Assembly (NCBI GenBank): GCA_965223905.1
Contig: CBDCXV010000010.1
Coordinates: forward strand, 1,472,001-1,536,000
Reading direction: 5' to 3'
Length of the DNA: 64,000 nt
Source: Candidatus Latescibacterota bacterium
GTDB taxonomy: Bacteria; Latescibacterota; UBA2968; UBA8231
Positions 59,911 through 64,000 of this stretch are shown in pieces. Under the pieces are notes generated by a model. That model made no database searches. It saw only the letters and a list, made by a program, of their open reading frames with translations, and was not told where the DNA came from. The first letter of the stretch is position 1. Each line of letters begins with the position of its first letter. The position numbers were made by a program, and so were the translations under genes.

Positions 59911-60120
59911 GTGCTGCTGGACAGTCATACCCATATAACCTCGCAGCGATCCGTCGAGAACGTCATCGCCCACTTGGAGATCTACCGGCTCTGCGGCGAA
60001 GTCGGGTGGCCGGTGCTGCTGCACTTCGACTACCAGGACTTCCACAACTACAACGTCGAGGCCTTCGACAAGGTGTTGGAATCCTGCCCAGCCTTCAATG
60101 GCCCAACCCATACCCCCTGA
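59911..60120 (+). pseudogene. Internally deleted amidohydrolase remnant
   Basis: LLDSHTH N-terminus joined directly to IYRLCGEVGWPVLLHF; only 69 aa. Confidence 0.5.
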
Positions 60121-62023
60121 GTTCGTCTACGATCTGATCTCCGTAGTCGCCCCCGCCCTCTCTCCGGACGGCACCCGGCTCGCCTGGGTGCGCTCGGCGG
60201 TGGATCGGGAGGAGATGGAGTACCGGACGGAAATCATGATGGCGCAGATGCCCGGAGGACCTCCGCGCTCCTTCACCCGGGGCCCTGCGGACTCGGAGCC
60301 GAGATTCTCGCCGGACGGCAACTGGATCGCCTTTCTGCGCCCCGACGGCAACGGCATCAGGCAGATCTGGCTGATCGACCTCTGCGGCGGAGAGGCGCGT
60401 CAGGTCACCTCCGGGCCCGCCGATGCTGCCGGACATTCCTGGTCCCCGGACTCCAGGTCGCTTGCCTTCGTTTCGAAGGTCGATCCGGACTGGCTGCCAC
60501 CCGATCACGATCACAAACGCGACCCCCGCGTCCGCGTCGCGCGCCGGATCCGCTACCGCCACGATGAACGCGGCTGGATTGGGGACGCCTTCAACCAGCT
60601 CTTCGTCGTCGACTTGGAGAGCGGGGAAACCCGGCAGCTGACCGACGGAGAGGGGGACTGCTCGGGGCCGGTCTGGTCGCCGCCGGGCGACCGCCTCGCC
60701 TACCTCTGCGACGAGGTGGAGGACCGGGACTTCAACAACCACTCGGAAGCCCGGGTGATCGCGGCCTCGGGCGGGAGGCCGCAGACGTGGTCGGCCGGCC
60801 TCTGGCGCGTCCTGGCGCTGGCATGGGCTGCGGATGGATCGAGGCTGGCCGCCTCGGGCACCCACGATGTCCTGATGTGGGATCCGCGCCAGGCTTCCAT
60901 CTTCATCCTCGATCCAGGCAAACAAGCCCGCCACCTGACCGACGACTCATACACCACCGATCCGCAGGCGCCGGAGATACGCTGGGCAACCGATGGAAAC
61001 ATCTGGTTCGTCGGCGACCGTCACGGCGAATCGTTCCTTTGCCGGGTCGACCCGGGAGGAAATCTGACCGCCCTGGCAGGCGGCGGGGTGAAGTACACCG
61101 GCTGGGCGCTCGACGACGAGGCGCGAAACGCGGTGCTGGTCGAGATGACGAGCACCGCGGCGGACAACCTCGTCGGCGTCGACCTGTCGACCGGCGCGCG
61201 CGTCCGGCTGACTGAGTACAACGCGCCGTACCTGGAGGAGCATCCGCCGGCCGCGATGGAGAAATTCACCTTAGAGCGGGGCGGAGAGAGAATCGAGTGC
61301 CGGGTACTGCTGCCACCCGGCTTCGATCCCGGGCGCCGCTATCCGCTGGTCCTCGACATACACGGGGGCCCCCACGGCCGCTTCTGCGACGGCTTCGACC
61401 CGTTCCAGCAGGTAATGGCGACGGCGGGGTACGCCGTACTCGGTGTCAATCCTAGGGGGTCCTCCTCCTACGGGCTCGAGTTCGCCAAGATGGTGCTGGG
61501 CGACTGGGGCGGCGAGGACTACCGCGACATCATGGCCAGCGTCGACGCAGTGTGCTCGCGCGAATACATCGACGAAGACCGGATAGCCGTTCACGGAGTC
61601 AGCTACGGGGGGTACATGGCCAGCTGGATCATCGGGCACGAGACCCGCTTCAGGGCGGCCTTGGTGGGGGCTCCCTGCACCAACCTGTACAGCATGTACG
61701 GAACCTCGGACATCGGCGTCAGCTTCTTCGAGGCGAACTGGGCGGGGACGGCCGAGGAATTGCGCGACGCCTTGCTCGCACACTCGCCGATCACCTACGC
61801 CGACAACGTCACCACTCCGGTGCTGCTGTTTCACGGGGAGAATGACCTGCGCTGTCCGGTCGAACAGAGCGAGCAGTACTTCGTCGCTCTCAAACGCCTA
61901 GGCAGGAAGGTCGAATTCGTGCGCTTTCCCGACTCGCCCCACGGGTTCCGCAAGTCGGGGCATCCCAGGCTCAGGGTGGAATACTCGCGGAGAATCCTCG
62001 ATTGGCTGGAAAGGCACCTGTAG
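60098..62023 (+). CDS. S9 family serine peptidase (PD40 propeller plus alpha/beta hydrolase)
   Basis: SPDG repeats, IHGGP, GVSYGG, GEND.RCP and the catalytic H in PHG. Confidence 0.92.
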   Translation: MAQPIPPEFVYDLISVVAPALSPDGTRLAWVRSAVDREEMEYRTEIMMAQMPGGPPRSFTRGPADSEPRFSPDGNWIAFLRPDGNGIRQIWLIDLCGGEARQVTSGPADAAGHSWSPDSRSLAFVSKVDPDWLPPDHDHKRDPRVRVARRIRYRHDERGWIGDAFNQLFVVDLESGETRQLTDGEGDCSGPVWSPPGDRLAYLCDEVEDRDFNNHSEARVIAASGGRPQTWSAGLWRVLALAWAADGSRLAASGTHDVLMWDPRQASIFILDPGKQARHLTDDSYTTDPQAPEIRWATDGNIWFVGDRHGESFLCRVDPGGNLTALAGGGVKYTGWALDDEARNAVLVEMTSTAADNLVGVDLSTGARVRLTEYNAPYLEEHPPAAMEKFTLERGGERIECRVLLPPGFDPGRRYPLVLDIHGGPHGRFCDGFDPFQQVMATAGYAVLGVNPRGSSSYGLEFAKMVLGDWGGEDYRDIMASVDAVCSREYIDEDRIAVHGVSYGGYMASWIIGHETRFRAALVGAPCTNLYSMYGTSDIGVSFFEANWAGTAEELRDALLAHSPITYADNVTTPVLLFHGENDLRCPVEQSEQYFVALKRLGRKVEFVRFPDSPHGFRKSGHPRLRVEYSRRILDWLERHL

Positions 62024-62050
62024 GGGAAGGGCTTCAATAGCGATGGGACC

Positions 62051-62944
62051 ATGCAGGTAACGCACGACTGGAAGGAGAGCAGGGCAACGATCCGGGTGGA
62101 AGGCCTGCCGGCTTGCGTAAAAGCCCTGATGCTGGCGGACGTTCACCTGGGCCTCATCGACGAACGGGATCCCGACGAGCAGGAGCGCTTCGCCGGGCAC
62201 GCCGAACGGTTCCATGACCGTCACGGCAACACCGATGAGGCCGGCAACGTCATTCCCCAGGAAACGGCGTTTGCGCAGATGCTGGAGGTGGCCGCGCAGG
62301 AACGGGTGGATCTGCTCGCACTGGCCGGGGACATCGTCGATTTTCCGGCCTGGGCAAGCATCGACTACGCCGCGCGTCTGGCGTCCGCATCCGGCATACC
62401 CTCGATCTACACACCCGGAAACCACGACTGGCTGTTCTCCGACCGCGAGGGGACTGCGGAGGTACGGCGCGAGTTCTTGCCGCGACTCGATCCGCTGACC
62501 CGGGGCGAACCCGCATTCTCTCGCCACGAGGTGGGGGGACTGCTGTTTGCGGCCGTCGACAACTCGACCTGCCAGGTCGAAGAAGAGCAGCTCGAGTCGA
62601 CCCGCCAGGCGCTGGCCGGGGGGGCGCCTACGGTCCTGCTCTGCCACATCCCGATCAGTCTGCCTACGCTGCGCAATCCTGTCCTGTCGGAGCTGGGCGT
62701 CCCGATCATGATGGCCGATCCTGACTGGGCGCTGCAGAGCCGCCGGGAGAATTCCGTCGGCGAGAACACCTCGACGACCCTGGAGTTCGTCCGCATGGTG
62801 AGTCAGGCCGAGAACCTGGTGGCGATCTTGACCGGGCACTGTCACTTCAGACACGCCGACGCCGTCAATCCCTGGGTGGCGCAGTACCTTGCGCCGCCCG
62901 GTTACGCGGGCGAATACTGGCTGTTCGAATGGCAGCCATTGTAA
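62051..62944 (+). CDS. Calcineurin-like metallophosphoesterase, paralog of 51004-51897
   Basis: DVH, GDIVD, GNHD and GHCH motifs. Confidence 0.85.
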   Translation: MQVTHDWKESRATIRVEGLPACVKALMLADVHLGLIDERDPDEQERFAGHAERFHDRHGNTDEAGNVIPQETAFAQMLEVAAQERVDLLALAGDIVDFPAWASIDYAARLASASGIPSIYTPGNHDWLFSDREGTAEVRREFLPRLDPLTRGEPAFSRHEVGGLLFAAVDNSTCQVEEEQLESTRQALAGGAPTVLLCHIPISLPTLRNPVLSELGVPIMMADPDWALQSRRENSVGENTSTTLEFVRMVSQAENLVAILTGHCHFRHADAVNPWVAQYLAPPGYAGEYWLFEWQPL

Positions 62945-63035
62945 GAAAGCGGCACAGGTTTTCTGGAACTCGACCTGGCTGCCTGTCGACAGGACTTCCC
63001 ATGTATTCCGTCCCGATTTCACCTGAAACCTGCCC

Positions 63036-64000
63036 ATGGCCATCCCCTCTACCTTTCCCCCATCCAGCCGTCCGGTCGTCATGGGCACCAACGGCATGGT
63101 CTCCACCGGCCACCCTCTGGCCTCCCTTGCGGGAGCGCGGGTTCTGGCCGACCGCGGCAACGCCTTCGACGCTGCCGTCGCCCTCTCCTTCACCCTCGGG
63201 GTGGTCGAATCCTACATGTCGGGCCCCGGAGGCACCGGGGTCGCCATCCTTCGGATCGCCGGCGAATCCAGGCCGCGGGCCCTCGATTTCTCGGGCCGGA
63301 CGCCGATGGCCGTAACGCGTTCGGCGTTGACCGAAGAAACCCTCGACCTCGGCATACTCGCTCCCATGGTCCCGGGAAACGTCGCCGGATGGCTCGAGCT
63401 TCACCTGAAACACGGACCCTCGATCCCCAGCGCCTGCTGCGGCCGGCGATCGATTATGCGGAGAACGGCTTTCCCGTCACCTACCAGAACAGCGCCGTCA
63501 TCGCCGAACATGCCGGACGCCTGCACCCGTTCCCCGACGCTGCCGCTGTTTTCCTCGACCGCTCGGGCAGGGCGCCGACACCGGGAACGCGGCTGCGCTG
63601 GCCGCAGCTGGCCGCCTCGATGCGGGAAATCGCCGAGCAGGGGCGCGGCGCCTTCTACACCGGGGAACTGGCCCACCGGATCGCCAGGGCCAGCGAGGAG
63701 ATGGGGGGCATTCTGACACTCGAGGACCTGGCCGAGTACGAAGTCGAATGGCAGGAATGCCTCGAGGTCGACTACCGGGGTTTTAAGGTCTTCGCGCCGC
63801 CCTTGCCGTCAGCCGGATTCCAGAGTTTGCAGCACTTGAAGCTGATGGAGTGTTTCGACCCGTCCAAGCTGGCCTTCAACAGCGCCGATACGGTCCACGC
63901 CCTTGTCGAGTCCGCAAAGCTGAGCATCACCGATCGCATCGCCTGCGCCGGAGATCCCGACCACGTCGATCTCCCCTGGAAGGGCTGCTGTCGCCGGAAT
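63036..64000 (+). CDS. ggt: Gamma-glutamyltransferase, 3'-partial, apparent frameshifts near 63417 and 63976
   Basis: GMVST.HPLAS..G..L..GNAFDAA and VPG.VAGW motifs. A shifted frame continues LLRPAIDYAENGFPV...FYTG...L..EDL..Y. Confidence 0.85.

Overview
High-GC bacterial window with no rRNA, tRNA or CRISPR array visible. The FlgD-Ig/CTD-bearing secreted protein, DUF6785-type membrane protein and many PhyH, Gfo/Idh/MocA and TIM-barrel paralogs suggest an FCB-related lineage such as Latescibacterota or Gemmatimonadota (inference). Bases 1-18500 are an eroded mobile/defence mosaic. It holds the C-terminus of a large DUF3883 nuclease protein, then an AIPR-like remnant, an IS3-split HNH gene and an intact HEPN-motif gene, all three bracketed by two 5'-truncated IS91/ISCR-like direct repeats. 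Two near-identical 1575-bp ISKra4-family IS copies follow: one truncates a CBM9-like gene and has no TSD, the other has an 8-bp TSD and fuses in frame to an RNase Z-like MBL hydrolase. Lower-GC catabolic genes lie between them. Bases 18600-35100 carry mixed housekeeping and envelope genes (mgtE/CBS/MscS, PLP decarboxylase, DUF2330, manA-manC, aminotransferase, aspartate dehydrogenase-like, tatC). Bases 35300-64000 are a dense catabolic region of peptidases, hydrolases, cupins and uncharacterised TIM barrels, centred on a divergent pair of operons around a DUF6785-like transporter candidate. All family assignments come from motif recognition by eye, not from database searches.
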